NCBI GenBank assembly: GCA_027449965.1
Contig: DAIDKP010000009.1
Coordinates: forward strand, 2,753-66,752
From: Acidobacteriaceae bacterium
GTDB taxonomy: Bacteria > Acidobacteriota > Terriglobia > Terriglobales > Acidobacteriaceae
Length of the DNA: 64,000 nt
Direction of reading: 5' to 3'
Positions 35,512-45,678 of the stretch are shown piece by piece. The translations under genes were made by a program, and so were the position numbers. Below the pieces are notes generated by a model. It made no database searches. It saw only the letters and a list, made by a program, of their open reading frames with translations, and was not told the origin of the DNA. How positions within the stretch are numbered: the first letter of the stretch is position 1; each line of letters begins with the position of its first letter.

Positions 35512-36975
35512 ATGCATATTGTATTCGCTGCCTCAGAGTGTGTGCCGTTTGCCAAGACCGGAGGGTTGGCCGACGTGGTGGGTGCGTTGCCTCCTGAGTT
35601 GGCGAAGCTGGGTCACAAGGTCACGGTCTACCTGCCGCTGTTTCGCTCAGCGCGTGGCTTTGTGCCGGAGCCACGACCCTATGCCGTGCGCTCTTTGACA
35701 ATTCCGTTTCCGTTTTACAGCCGGTTTGTGGGAGTTGTGGATGGCGGCGTGCTGAATGGAGTGCAGTATTACTTCATCGACTGCCCGGAACTGTTTGATC
35801 GCGACGGTCTCTACGGACCGCGCGGCGGCGGTGATTACAGCGATAACGCGGAGCGCTTCGGGTTGTTTAGCCGCGCTGTGCTGGAGGCTGTGAAGCTGCT
35901 GGGAGTGCCGGATCTGTTCCATGTCCATGACTGGCAGACCGCGATTTTGCCGGTTTTATTGCGGACGCTGTACGTTTACGATCCGGTGTTGCGGAATGTG
36001 GGCGTGGTGCTGACGGTGCATAACGCAGGCTATCAGGGATGGTTTCCGCCGCGAACGACGGAGCTGCTGCTGTTGCCGTGGGATCTGTTCACCTTTGACA
36101 AGGTGGAGCAGAACGACACATTCAACTTTCTGAAGGGTGGGCTGGTCATGTGTGACTATATGACGACGGTCAGCCCGACCTATGGGCGAGAGATTCAAGG
36201 GCCAGAGTTTGGCGAGGGGCTGGAGTCGATCTTCAGTCGTCGGCACTGGGATCTGCGCGGCATTCTGAATGGGGTGGACTATGCGCAGTGGGATCCGTCG
36301 CGGGATGTGCATCTGGCGGCGCATTATTCCGCCGAGAACCTGAGTGGCAAGGCGGAGTGTCGGCGCGATGTGCTGCACGCCTTTGGACTGGAGCACATTC
36401 CGGATTCGACACCGGTGCTGGGAATTGTTTCGCGCTTTGCGACGCAAAAAGGATTTGACATGCTGGCGGCGATCAGCGACCAGCTTGCGCAGCGGGAGAT
36501 TGCGCTGGTGGCTCTGGGTACCGGCGAGCCGTTCTACGAGAGCTTCTTTCGCAGTTTCGCTGCGCGCTATCCAGAGAAGGTGGCCGTACAGGTGAAGTAT
36601 GACGACGCCATCGCGCACAAGATTGAGGCTGGTGCGGATATCTTCCTGATGCCGTCGCGCTATGAGCCGTGCGGGCTGAACCAGATTTACTCGATGAAGT
36701 ACGGGACCATCCCCGTAGTGCGAGCGACGGGCGGGCTGGAGGATACGGTCGAGGAGTGGAATGCCGATCATCGCACCGGCACGGGATTCAAGTTTTCCGG
36801 CTATCACCCGGGGGATTTCCTTTGGGCGATTGACCGCGCGCTGTGGGTCTTCGCCAACGATCCCGAGGGTTGGAAGACGCTGATGCAGAACGGGATGGCG
36901 CGGGATTACGGGTGGGAGCATCCGGCGCGGGAATATGTCGAGGTCTACGAAGAGGTGCTGAGGCGGCGGGGGTGA
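35512..36975 (+). CDS. glgA: Glycogen synthase
   Basis: KTGGLADV, HVHDWQTA, TVHN..YQG, NGVD, SRFATQKG, PSRYEPCGLNQ, TGGLEDT. Confidence 0.95.
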   Translation: MHIVFAASECVPFAKTGGLADVVGALPPELAKLGHKVTVYLPLFRSARGFVPEPRPYAVRSLTIPFPFYSRFVGVVDGGVLNGVQYYFIDCPELFDRDGLYGPRGGGDYSDNAERFGLFSRAVLEAVKLLGVPDLFHVHDWQTAILPVLLRTLYVYDPVLRNVGVVLTVHNAGYQGWFPPRTTELLLLPWDLFTFDKVEQNDTFNFLKGGLVMCDYMTTVSPTYGREIQGPEFGEGLESIFSRRHWDLRGILNGVDYAQWDPSRDVHLAAHYSAENLSGKAECRRDVLHAFGLEHIPDSTPVLGIVSRFATQKGFDMLAAISDQLAQREIALVALGTGEPFYESFFRSFAARYPEKVAVQVKYDDAIAHKIEAGADIFLMPSRYEPCGLNQIYSMKYGTIPVVRATGGLEDTVEEWNADHRTGTGFKFSGYHPGDFLWAIDRALWVFANDPEGWKTLMQNGMARDYGWEHPAREYVEVYEEVLRRRG

Positions 36976-36996
36976 GCGGGGCAGACAACTGCATTT

Positions 36997-37052
36997 ATAG
37001 GGAATTTACCAAAGAATTGGAGAAATCTCCTATTCGCAGGTAAATTTCCTAT
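36997..37052. repeat. AT-rich nested inverted repeat, 56 nt
   Basis: ATAGGGAATTTACC(36997-37010) / GGTAAATTTCCTAT(37039-37052), 13 of 14 complementary, enclosing GGAG-AAAT-CTCC. Confidence 0.75.
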
Positions 37053-37064
37053 CAATCGTAACGG

Positions 37065-37832
37065 ATGTTTCACCATCACTCGTGGATGGATGATTGTCAG
37101 ATGAATGCGCACGAAAAATCTTCGGTGAGTAGCTGTAAATTATGTGATCTCCTGTTGTCCTCTCTTCAGGACGATCTTCATAGGGTGGTCCGGACGGAGG
37201 CGACGGGTTGCTGCAGCTTTGGTACAACCACAAGGTTTGGTTATGTCTACCATCGACGGGATGCTATCCGCATCTATCTCCGTGCGAAAGAATCCGACGG
37301 GCCGGACCTGAAGGCTCTGATAGGCAGCAACTCTGCGATTTCATTGCAAGTTCGCGGTGCAAAAGGAAGTGCCTGGGCGCAGTCAACATACTATTTTCTG
37401 GATGTTGATCACGAAGCACAAATTCGTGCAGCGACGTCGCTCCTGCTTTACGCCGCCGGCAAGATCAAACAACGACCCGGCCGTCAATTTCTCCTTCCCT
37501 CTGAAGAAGATGCATGTCAGTTGATCGAAGGAAATAGAGTCACTGTTCAAGTGAGCCGCGTGGAGCGAAATCCAAAGGCCAGGGCGGAGTGTATCGCGAT
37601 TTTTGGTCCAGTCTGCTCAGTTTGCGGATTCGACTTTGAACGTACCTATGGAGAGATTGGCAAAGGGTTTATCCATGTGCATCACTTGAGTTCGCTTGCA
37701 TCGAGAAACGGTCGGCACACGGTCAATCCCAAGACGGAGCTTCGTCCTGTTTGTCCAAACTGCCACGAGATGCTGCACAGGCGGAATCCTCCGATTTCGA
37801 TTGAGGAGTTGGCGGTGCGAATCTCGCGATGA
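37065..37832 (+). CDS. McrA-like HNH endonuclease with unrecognised N-terminal domain
   Basis: EG..V.V.RVERNPKAR..C; CSVCGFDF..YG; FIHVHH; CPNCH.MLH zinc-finger HNH. Atypical codons (TTA, ATA, AGA). Start could be 37101. Confidence 0.85.
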   Translation: MFHHHSWMDDCQMNAHEKSSVSSCKLCDLLLSSLQDDLHRVVRTEATGCCSFGTTTRFGYVYHRRDAIRIYLRAKESDGPDLKALIGSNSAISLQVRGAKGSAWAQSTYYFLDVDHEAQIRAATSLLLYAAGKIKQRPGRQFLLPSEEDACQLIEGNRVTVQVSRVERNPKARAECIAIFGPVCSVCGFDFERTYGEIGKGFIHVHHLSSLASRNGRHTVNPKTELRPVCPNCHEMLHRRNPPISIEELAVRISR

Positions 37833-37954
37833 AAGCCAGACCGAATCCATGGCTGAATCTCGGTTCGACATTCTCCGCGGACAACGGATCTGCGTTCCCG
37901 GACAGGCTCTTCGCTGGCATCGCCCATTTACACTAGTAAACGGAGAGCTACGCC

Positions 37955-40912
37955 TTGTTCAGCAAGTTTTTAACGAAGATATTTGGTACGAGCAATGATC
38001 GCGCCGTGAAGCGCATGATGCCGGTGGTGGCGCGCATAGGCGCTTTTGAGTCCGAGATAAAGGCCCTGACGGACGAGCAGCTGCGGGCAAAAACGGTGGA
38101 GTTTCGCGAGAGGGTTGCCGCGCAACTGGCCAGTGTTACCGAGGCCGAGGCGCGCAAGACAGCCGAGAAGGCCGCGCTGGATGAGCTGCTGCCGGAGGCT
38201 TTTGCCGTGGTGCGCGAGGCCGGCAGGCGCGTGCTGAAGATGCGCCACTTTGATGTGCAGTTGATCGGCGGTATGGTGTTGCACCAGGGCAAGATTGCCG
38301 AGATGCGGACCGGCGAGGGCAAGACGCTGGTGGCGACGCTGGCCTGCTATCTGAACGCGCTGGCCGGCCATGGCGTGCATGTGGTTACGGTGAACGATTA
38401 TCTGGCCAAGCGCGACGCCGAGTGGATGGGCAAGATCTATACGTTTCTGGGCTTGACCGTGGGCGTGATCGTGCATGATCTGGACGATACGCAGCGGCGC
38501 GAGGCGTATGCGGCGGATATTACCTATGGCACGAACAATGAATTCGGCTTTGATTATCTGCGCGACAACATGAAGTTTGATGTGAAGGATTGCGTGCAGC
38601 GCGGGCACTACTACGCGATTGTCGATGAGGTGGATTCGATCCTGATTGACGAGGCGCGGACGCCGCTGATTATCTCCGGCCCGACGGACCAGACGACCGA
38701 CAAATATCAGCGCGTGAAGAAGATCATTCCGCACCTGGAGCAGGGTGAGGAGATTGAAAAAGAAGAGATGGTCAAGATTCTCACCGGCGACTATGTGGTC
38801 GATGAGAAGATGCGCACGATCAGCGTGACCGACGACGGCTGGCTGAAGATTGAGGAGCTGCTGGGGATTGGCAACATTGCCGACCCGGAGAACTGGGATC
38901 TGAAGCACTACGTGGAGACGGCGATCAAGGCGCATTCGCTGTATAAGCGCGACGTGGACTACGTGGTGAAGGATGGCGAAGTGATCATCGTGGACACCTT
39001 CACCGGGCGACTGATGCCGGGACGGCGGTGGTCCGACGGGCTGCACCAGTCGGTGGAGGCCAAGGAAGGTGTTTCGATCCGCAAGGAAGATCAGACGTTG
39101 GCGACGATTACTTTTCAGAACTACTTCCGGCTCTACGGCAAGCTTTCCGGCATGACGGGCACGGCGGAGACCGAGGCATCGGAGTTCGACAGCATCTACA
39201 AGCTCGATATCACGGTGATTCCGACGAACAAGCCGATGTTGCGCGCCGATAACTCGGATGTGGTCTACCGGACGGTGAAGGAAAAATACAAGGCTGTCGC
39301 CGACGACATTGCGGAGATTCACAAGAACGGGCAGCCGATTCTGGTGGGCACCACGTCGATCGAAAAGAGCGAGCTGCTCTCGCAGACGCTGCAACGCAAG
39401 GGCGTGAAGCATGTGGTGCTGAACGCCAAGTTCCACGAGCGCGAAGCGGAGATTGTGGCGCAGGCTGGCCGCTTTGGCATGGTGACGATTGCGACAAATA
39501 TGGCCGGTCGCGGAACGGATATTCTGCTGGGCGGCAATGCCGAATTCATGACGCGGCAGGAGCTGGTGAAAAAGGGTCAGGCGCGTTCGATCAGCGTGGC
39601 GGAGGGAGCAATCAATCCGACAGCGCCTGCGGGCTTTCTGCGTTTCTATTATCAGGGGCAGGAGTTTGAGACTGAACTGCGGCAGTGGGAAGAGGTTTTT
39701 GCTGTCCACGCGGCGGCTGCGGATCAGGAGCGCGAAGCGGTGATCGGAGCCGGAGGGTTGTTCATCCTGGGTACGGAACGGCACGAATCCCGGCGCATCG
39801 ACAACCAGTTGCGGGGCCGCGCGGGCCGACAGGGCGATCCCGGCGCGTCGCGTTTCTATCTGTCGCTTGAAGACGATCTGATGCGCATCTTTGCCAAGGC
39901 GTGGGTCTCCACGCTGCTGGAACGGCTGGGCATGGAAGAGGGCGTTCCCATTGAGTCCAAGATGATCTCCAAACGGATCGAGGGCGCGCAAAAGGCCGTG
40001 GAAGCGCAGAACTTCGAGTCGCGCAAGCATCTGCTGGAGTACGACGACGTGATGAACAAGCAGCGCGAGGCGGTCTATGGACTGCGTCATGAGTTGCTGC
40101 TTGGCATGGAGCAGCGGGAGCTGATTCTGGAGGACTACGTCACCACCATTCTCGGCAATGTGCTGAATGAGTTTGCCGACGAGCAGAAGCATCCGGAGCA
40201 GTGGGATCTGAAGGGGCTGAAAGCGCGATTGGTGGACCTGTTCGGCTTCAATCTGGATGAGGCGAAGATAGATCCGATGGAGATGACCCGGCATGAGCTG
40301 GGCGAGACGATCTATGAGCAGTTGAAAGCACACTACGAGCAGAAGGAATCCATCCTGGGCATGGAGGCGATGCGGTATCACGAGCGGATGGTGATGCTGA
40401 GCGTGCTGGATGGCCTGTGGAAGGATCATCTGCTGTCGATGGATCACCTGAAGGAAGGGATCGGGTTGCGCGGATATGCGCAGCAGGATCCGTTGGTGGC
40501 GTACAAAAAAGAGTCCTTCGATATGTTTGAGGCGATGATGATGCGCTTCCAGGAGGACACGGCGCGGTACCTCTTCCGGATGCAGATTGTGGGTCCGGAT
40601 GGTCAGCCCGTGACGGCGGCTCCCTCGGTGCGGCGTGAGGTTCCGGCGGCGCCTCCGGTGGCCAGCGCGACGGTGAATCCGGTGCGCGAAATCGCGGTGC
40701 CGACGCGAGCACCGGCGACGACGATCGATGCGCTGGAACGGGAGTTTGAACGAAAGAAACAGCGCGAACTGGAAGCCGCGCGAATGGCAGGGCCAGCGGG
40801 CGGTGCAACGACGGCGACGCCGCGTACTGTGGGCGCCAAGGTTGGGCGAAACGATCCTTGTCCATGTGGGTCCGGAAAAAAGTACAAGAAGTGCCACGGA
40901 GCGGAAGGCTGA
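37955..40912 (+). CDS. secA: Preprotein translocase ATPase
   Basis: [48 protein letters not shown]-terminal [13 protein letters not shown]; TTG start with GGAG SD. Confidence 0.97.
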   Translation: MFSKFLTKIFGTSNDRAVKRMMPVVARIGAFESEIKALTDEQLRAKTVEFRERVAAQLASVTEAEARKTAEKAALDELLPEAFAVVREAGRRVLKMRHFDVQLIGGMVLHQGKIAEMRTGEGKTLVATLACYLNALAGHGVHVVTVNDYLAKRDAEWMGKIYTFLGLTVGVIVHDLDDTQRREAYAADITYGTNNEFGFDYLRDNMKFDVKDCVQRGHYYAIVDEVDSILIDEARTPLIISGPTDQTTDKYQRVKKIIPHLEQGEEIEKEEMVKILTGDYVVDEKMRTISVTDDGWLKIEELLGIGNIADPENWDLKHYVETAIKAHSLYKRDVDYVVKDGEVIIVDTFTGRLMPGRRWSDGLHQSVEAKEGVSIRKEDQTLATITFQNYFRLYGKLSGMTGTAETEASEFDSIYKLDITVIPTNKPMLRADNSDVVYRTVKEKYKAVADDIAEIHKNGQPILVGTTSIEKSELLSQTLQRKGVKHVVLNAKFHEREAEIVAQAGRFGMVTIATNMAGRGTDILLGGNAEFMTRQELVKKGQARSISVAEGAINPTAPAGFLRFYYQGQEFETELRQWEEVFAVHAAAADQEREAVIGAGGLFILGTERHESRRIDNQLRGRAGRQGDPGASRFYLSLEDDLMRIFAKAWVSTLLERLGMEEGVPIESKMISKRIEGAQKAVEAQNFESRKHLLEYDDVMNKQREAVYGLRHELLLGMEQRELILEDYVTTILGNVLNEFADEQKHPEQWDLKGLKARLVDLFGFNLDEAKIDPMEMTRHELGETIYEQLKAHYEQKESILGMEAMRYHERMVMLSVLDGLWKDHLLSMDHLKEGIGLRGYAQQDPLVAYKKESFDMFEAMMMRFQEDTARYLFRMQIVGPDGQPVTAAPSVRREVPAAPPVASATVNPVREIAVPTRAPATTIDALEREFERKKQRELEAARMAGPAGGATTATPRTVGAKVGRNDPCPCGSGKKYKKCHGAEG

Positions 40913-40946
40913 GCAGCAGGCAAGGCGCAGACAGGGGAAACGGCCA

Positions 40947-40993
40947 AAAACAAAGGAGCCTGGCGTGAATTCGGACGCCAGGCTCTTTGTTTT
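40947..40993. terminator. Bidirectional intrinsic terminator after secA
   Basis: AAAACAAAG(G)AGCCTGGCGT-loop-ACGCCAGGCTCTTTGTTTT. Confidence 0.85.
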
Positions 40994-41119
40994 GCGAGGG
41001 TGATCGTGCTGGAGGGAACGCGATCAGCCCCAGTGAGAACGCAGAAAACGGGAAGAAGTAGACCGCGAGCAGATCAGAGAATGCGCTTTCAATCTGCGAT
41101 CTGCGCGCGGCGATGGATC

Positions 41120-41479
41120 TCAGTGGTTGAGGGTGAAGTTGAGATCGACGTTGACCGTGGACTGGCTGTCGGCCGGAACAAACTTCCAACGCTGAACGGC
41201 ATCTTCCGCTGCCGAAGCAAGCATGTGATTGCCGCTCACGGTTTTGACCGCCGTAACTTTTCCGTCTGGCGCGACAACGGCTTGAATCTCTACCACGCCG
41301 GTGATGCCCATGCGCTTGGCAATCTCCGGATACACGGGCGCAACGCGCTGTTTGACCGCGCGATCTTCCGCGTGAAGCGAGAGACCGAGCATCATGACGG
41401 CAAGAGCAAGGCCAGAGACCGCAGCGACGGAGCGGCGTGGCGAGTGACGATTAATTTGGAATGAAGGAAGCATCATCAT
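41120..41479 (-). CDS. Short TonB C-terminal-domain protein
   Basis: Signal-like segment, then VAPVYPEIAKRMGITGVVEI..V..DGKV......SG..ML..AA.DAV.RWKF.P; no Pro-rich linker. Confidence 0.85.
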   Translation of the reverse strand: MMMLPSFQINRHSPRRSVAAVSGLALAVMMLGLSLHAEDRAVKQRVAPVYPEIAKRMGITGVVEIQAVVAPDGKVTAVKTVSGNHMLASAAEDAVQRWKFVPADSQSTVNVDLNFTLNH

Positions 41480-41638
41480 GGATCCCCGACGGCGAAGTGT
41501 CGCCTGCTGAACCTATCGGCAAGCGGGCGGAGGACGTTAGGGATTTCCAAAATATTTGCGAATTTTCAGGATTGCATCCGGGCTTTCCCATGAGAATTCG
41601 CACACACAGCGAGGGATGGGCGATGGCGGCCGGATCGC

Positions 41639-43390
41639 TCAACCTTCCAGCTTGAAGCGCGTCTCCGCCAGGTGATAGAGGCGTCGCCAGACGAGGCGAT
41701 TCATGCTGACCACCATGAGCGAGATGAGGATGGTGGCCAGCAGCAGCAGCGGAAACTGGCCGTGGTCGGTGGCGGCGTCAATCTGCGCTCCCAGGCCGAT
41801 GGTCGATAGCGTCTGATTGCCGAGGTGGGAGTATTCAGCGAAGACGGAGGCGTTCCATGCTCCACCTGAGGCGGTGACCATGCCGGTGATGAGATAGGGG
41901 AAGATGCCGGGCAGGATGAGTGTGGTCCAGCGCTGCCAGCGCGTGAATTGATATAGCGAGGCGGCTTCGCGCAGGTCGGATGGGATCGACATGGCACCGG
42001 CGATGACGTTGAAAAGAATGTACCACTGGGTGCCGAGCAGCATCAGGGCCACCGAGCCGATGCCGAGTCCACCGCCGAGCTTGACCAGGCCGATGAGCAG
42101 AATGGGAAAGAACGCCGTGGCGGGAACAGAGGCGAGAATCTGCGCGACCGGCTGAACAAACCGGGCCAGACGTGGGTTGAATCCGATGGCGACGCCGACC
42201 GGGATCGTCCAGAGGGCGGAGATGAGCAGGGAAGCGTTGACGCGCAGAAAGGTGGCTCCGGCACCGGCGAGGAGCAGGCGCAGGTCAGCCCAGGAGACGC
42301 CGCGCAACAGCAGCAGGCCCTGCCACGCTCCCCAGCTCACGGCCGCGGCAACGGCGATGGCGAGCATCCACAGGCGCAGCGAGGGTCGGCTGGGAACTGT
42401 TTCGTCGAGAGGTTGCGTGGGTTCGGCGCGGTGCGAGGCAGCCAGACGACGGTAGAGCGGCTCTTCGATCTGCGTCCAGATGCGGCGCGGCACCGATTGC
42501 AGGACGGTGGAGCGTCGCAGCAGTTCCAGGATCGGCGAGGCGACGCGGTCGTCGGATTCAACCTGTTCGAATTTGAATTTATCGCTCCAGGCGATGAGCG
42601 GACGCCAGAGAATCTGATCGGTGGCGACGACGATGAGGATGACGGTGGCGATGCCTGCGAGCAGCGCGTGAATGTCTCCGGAGCTGGCCGCGGTTTGAAG
42701 ATAGCTGCCGAGGCCGGGTAGCTGGAAGCTGCGGTCGCCCATGGTGAACATCTCGCAGGCGATGAGGGCAAACCAGCCGCCGGCCACCGAGACGATGGAG
42801 TTCCAGACCAGGCCGATGGTGGCATAGGGCATCTCAAGCTGCCAGAATCGCTGCCACGCGGAATAGCGAAAGATGGTGGAGGCTTCGAGCATCTCGCGCG
42901 GGATGGTTTTGAGCGAAGTGTAGAAGCTGAAGGCAAGATTCCAGACCTGGCCGGTGAAGATCAGCAGGATCACTCCGAGTTCAATGCCAAGCTGGTGACC
43001 GGGAACGAGCGCAACCATAGCCAGAACGACTGGTGGCAGAAAGCTGAGCACGGGAATCGATTGCAGGATGTCAAGCGTGGCGATCATCCATGCTTCCACG
43101 CGTGGATTGTAGGCGGCAAGATAGCCGTAGCTGATGGCAAAGATGAGACTGAGCAGATAGGCGATGGCTATGCGCACAATCGAATAAGCCGCGTAGGCGG
43201 GAAGCGCGCGGATGGAGTGTGAGATCGGCACGACCGGAATGGGCGCCTGCATCCAGTAAGCGCCCATGTGAACGATGGTGAAGAAGATCGCCAGGCCGCA
43301 CGCCGCTACGCCCGCGTCGATAAACACAGGCCAGGTGGAGCGCATGACCAGGGAACTGGCCAGCGGGCGAAATCTGTGCTGAAGGCTCAA
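41639..43390 (-). CDS. NitT/TauT-type ABC permease with duplicated membrane domain
   Basis: Two repeats (LQSIPVLSF / LASVPATAF; IPREMLEA / IPSDLREA); 583 aa, hydrophobic. Confidence 0.85.
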   Translation of the reverse strand: MSLQHRFRPLASSLVMRSTWPVFIDAGVAACGLAIFFTIVHMGAYWMQAPIPVVPISHSIRALPAYAAYSIVRIAIAYLLSLIFAISYGYLAAYNPRVEAWMIATLDILQSIPVLSFLPPVVLAMVALVPGHQLGIELGVILLIFTGQVWNLAFSFYTSLKTIPREMLEASTIFRYSAWQRFWQLEMPYATIGLVWNSIVSVAGGWFALIACEMFTMGDRSFQLPGLGSYLQTAASSGDIHALLAGIATVILIVVATDQILWRPLIAWSDKFKFEQVESDDRVASPILELLRRSTVLQSVPRRIWTQIEEPLYRRLAASHRAEPTQPLDETVPSRPSLRLWMLAIAVAAAVSWGAWQGLLLLRGVSWADLRLLLAGAGATFLRVNASLLISALWTIPVGVAIGFNPRLARFVQPVAQILASVPATAFFPILLIGLVKLGGGLGIGSVALMLLGTQWYILFNVIAGAMSIPSDLREAASLYQFTRWQRWTTLILPGIFPYLITGMVTASGGAWNASVFAEYSHLGNQTLSTIGLGAQIDAATDHGQFPLLLLATILISLMVVSMNRLVWRRLYHLAETRFKLEG

Positions 43391-44784
43391 GCGGCCTCCT
43401 CGTCCGATGGGGTTGGCTCCGGTTCTTCCGGAAGCATGAAGCGGCGACGCGCAGCATCGAAGTCGAAAAGCTCCGCGTAACGGCCCCAGTTGACGGCGGT
43501 TTCCACCTGGCGCAGGCTCTCGTCTTCGCTGAACTGCTCGTCGAGCATGTCCAGGAAGAACTCTTCCGGGACGGTATGGTCGTTCTTTGTCTCCAGGGCG
43601 CGCCGAATCTGGCGCAGCAGCAGAACATGCTCCAGCGCGGCTTCGCGGAAGAGCTCCTTCTGGCGAAGAATCTCGGAGTTGGCAAAGGCCGTGCCGGTGG
43701 GCGTGATGGCAACATCGCCCTCTTCCACGATGAGGAAGCCGAGCAGTTGGGCCGCATCGACGATCGGCAGCAGATCGTCGATCTCAAAGGCGAGATCGTC
43801 GGCGAGGCGATAGATGTCATCCTTGCCGCCCTTGTCGATCAACAGTTCCAGCAGGCCTGCAACTCCGCCCGGACGCGCGTGAGGCAACATCTGATAGTGC
43901 ATCTGGCGCTGGTCGCGCGGCGGCTTGCCGGTGGTTTGGTCGGGCGCGGCGAGCGGAGCCACTTCAGGCCGTGTGAGCACTTTATAGACGTAATCGACAA
44001 GCTGCGTGAATGGGTCGGATTTGCGGTCGCGAGGATGAGCAAGCTGTACGCGAAAGTCGGTGCGGATGTGGCCAGGATTGCGACCGAGGACGATGATGCG
44101 GTCGGCCAGCAGGACGGCTTCTTCAATGTTGTGCGTGACCAGGAAGACAGCCTTGGTGGGCATGGTCTTGCGGGACCATAGTTCAAGCAGTTCGCTGCGC
44201 AGGTTTTCCGCGGTCAGCACATCGAGCGCCGAGAACGGCTCATCCATGAAGAGCACCTCGGGCTCGACGACCAGCGCGCGCGCAAAGCCGACGCGCTGAC
44301 GCATGCCACCGGAGAGTTCCTTGGGATATGCCGCTTCAAAGCCGTCAAGACCGACGGTATCGAGCATGCGCATACTGCGCTCACGACGCTCGTCTGCGTT
44401 CATGCCGCGCGCGCGGAGCGGAGCCTCGACATTTTCCAGCACGGTGAGCCAGGGGAAGAGCGCAAAACTCTGAAAGACGATGGAAACATTGATGGCGGAT
44501 TCTGCGATGGGGCGGCCATGCCAGTAGACCTGCCCGGCGCTGGGACGCGAGAGGCCGCTCAGCATGCGCAGCATGGTGGATTTGCCTGAGCCGGAGGGTC
44601 CAAGCAGAGCGAGAATTTCGCCGGGGACGATTGAGAGATCGGTCGGCGAGATCACCTGAATGCGATTCTGGCTGGGCTGCGCGTAGTATTTCTCAATACG
44701 CTCGGCGCGGATGATCGGCTCCGGCAGCGGAGCGACCTCGCTTCCGAAGGGGTTGAGCACAGTGCTGCCGGGCAGGTTGTCCAT
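43387..44784 (-). CDS. NitT/TauT-type ABC ATPase with C-terminal AAA-associated domain
   Basis: GPSGSGKST, LSGGMRQR, FMDEPFSALD, VTH; extra domain DDIYRLA...LLPIV...WGRYAELF. Confidence 0.88.
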   Translation of the reverse strand: MDNLPGSTVLNPFGSEVAPLPEPIIRAERIEKYYAQPSQNRIQVISPTDLSIVPGEILALLGPSGSGKSTMLRMLSGLSRPSAGQVYWHGRPIAESAINVSIVFQSFALFPWLTVLENVEAPLRARGMNADERRERSMRMLDTVGLDGFEAAYPKELSGGMRQRVGFARALVVEPEVLFMDEPFSALDVLTAENLRSELLELWSRKTMPTKAVFLVTHNIEEAVLLADRIIVLGRNPGHIRTDFRVQLAHPRDRKSDPFTQLVDYVYKVLTRPEVAPLAAPDQTTGKPPRDQRQMHYQMLPHARPGGVAGLLELLIDKGGKDDIYRLADDLAFEIDDLLPIVDAAQLLGFLIVEEGDVAITPTGTAFANSEILRQKELFREAALEHVLLLRQIRRALETKNDHTVPEEFFLDMLDEQFSEDESLRQVETAVNWGRYAELFDFDAARRRFMLPEEPEPTPSDEEAA

Positions 44785-45239
44785 TGCATTCCCCCTGAAG
44801 TTATCCGCGTGAAAGACGCAGAATCTGGGTTTCGATCATCGTCGCTGCGAGAGTGTATCTTCTCGGATGCGCACTGCGCACACCTGTCGCATTCGATGCA
44901 AAAAGATTGCGCCGAGGCATTTACAACGCAAAGTAAATCTTAAAGTGGGACCAGCGAAAGCTGGTTCCGAAGGAAGTGCCAGTCTTTGCGGAAGAGCAAT
45001 CCATGGGTGAATCTGAAACTCTTCCATTTGAGTTGTGGGGCGGAGATTGCCTGAACTTAGCTTAACGCGAATGTGGGCGGGCGGGACAGGCGGCAGACAG
45101 GAAAAATTTCAGAGGCAAACTGCGCACCGTCTGCGCGGACGGTGCGGCTTCGACCGATACAATAGTTGCAGTCATACGCTTCCACAAGGCTCGAAACGAG
45201 GAACAAACCGCGGGAGTGCAGGAGATGATGGGACGGAGT

Positions 45240-45611
45240 ATGAGTGAAACCAAAAGCAGGCAGCGAGTGCTGGTAGCCGACGATGAGCGTGTGATTGCAG
45301 ACACGCTGTCGATGATTCTGAATCAAAGCGGATTTGAAACACGCGTGGCATACTCCGGCGAACAGGCTGTGGAGATTGCCGGCGAGTTCCATCCGGAGAT
45401 GTTGATCTCGGATGTGATTATGGTGGGCGTCAACGGGATCGATGCGGCGATTGAGATTCGCCGGATGCTGCCGGAGATCAAGGTGCTTCTGTTTTCAGGA
45501 CAGGCGGCAACGGCTGACCTGCTGGAAAAAGCCCGCGCGCGAGGCTATGACTTTGAGATTTTGGCGAAACCCGTGCATCCGCAGGACCTGCTGGCTCGCA
45601 TGAGGCGGTGA
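45240..45611 (+). CDS. Single-domain response regulator (receiver only)
   Basis: VLVADDE, LISDVIM, LFSG, AKPVHP; no output domain. Confidence 0.85.
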   Translation: MSETKSRQRVLVADDERVIADTLSMILNQSGFETRVAYSGEQAVEIAGEFHPEMLISDVIMVGVNGIDAAIEIRRMLPEIKVLLFSGQAATADLLEKARARGYDFEILAKPVHPQDLLARMRR

Positions 45612-45678
45612 AACAGGATTCGATTCCGACGTGACGCTCGGTTTCGCTGCAAGGCCCGATTTCGCGGAATCTTCAGGG

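Noticed and set aside
36976-37954. IS element or homing endonuclease/intron around the HNH gene
   Set aside because: No transposase, no matching terminal repeat or target duplication on the right side, and glgA and secA are uninterrupted.
44940-45146. c-di-AMP (ydaO) or c-di-GMP-I riboswitch, suggested by GGGTGAATC and GGCAAAC fragments
   Set aside because: The other conserved elements are missing or in the wrong order, and the fragments are on the strand opposite the transporter.
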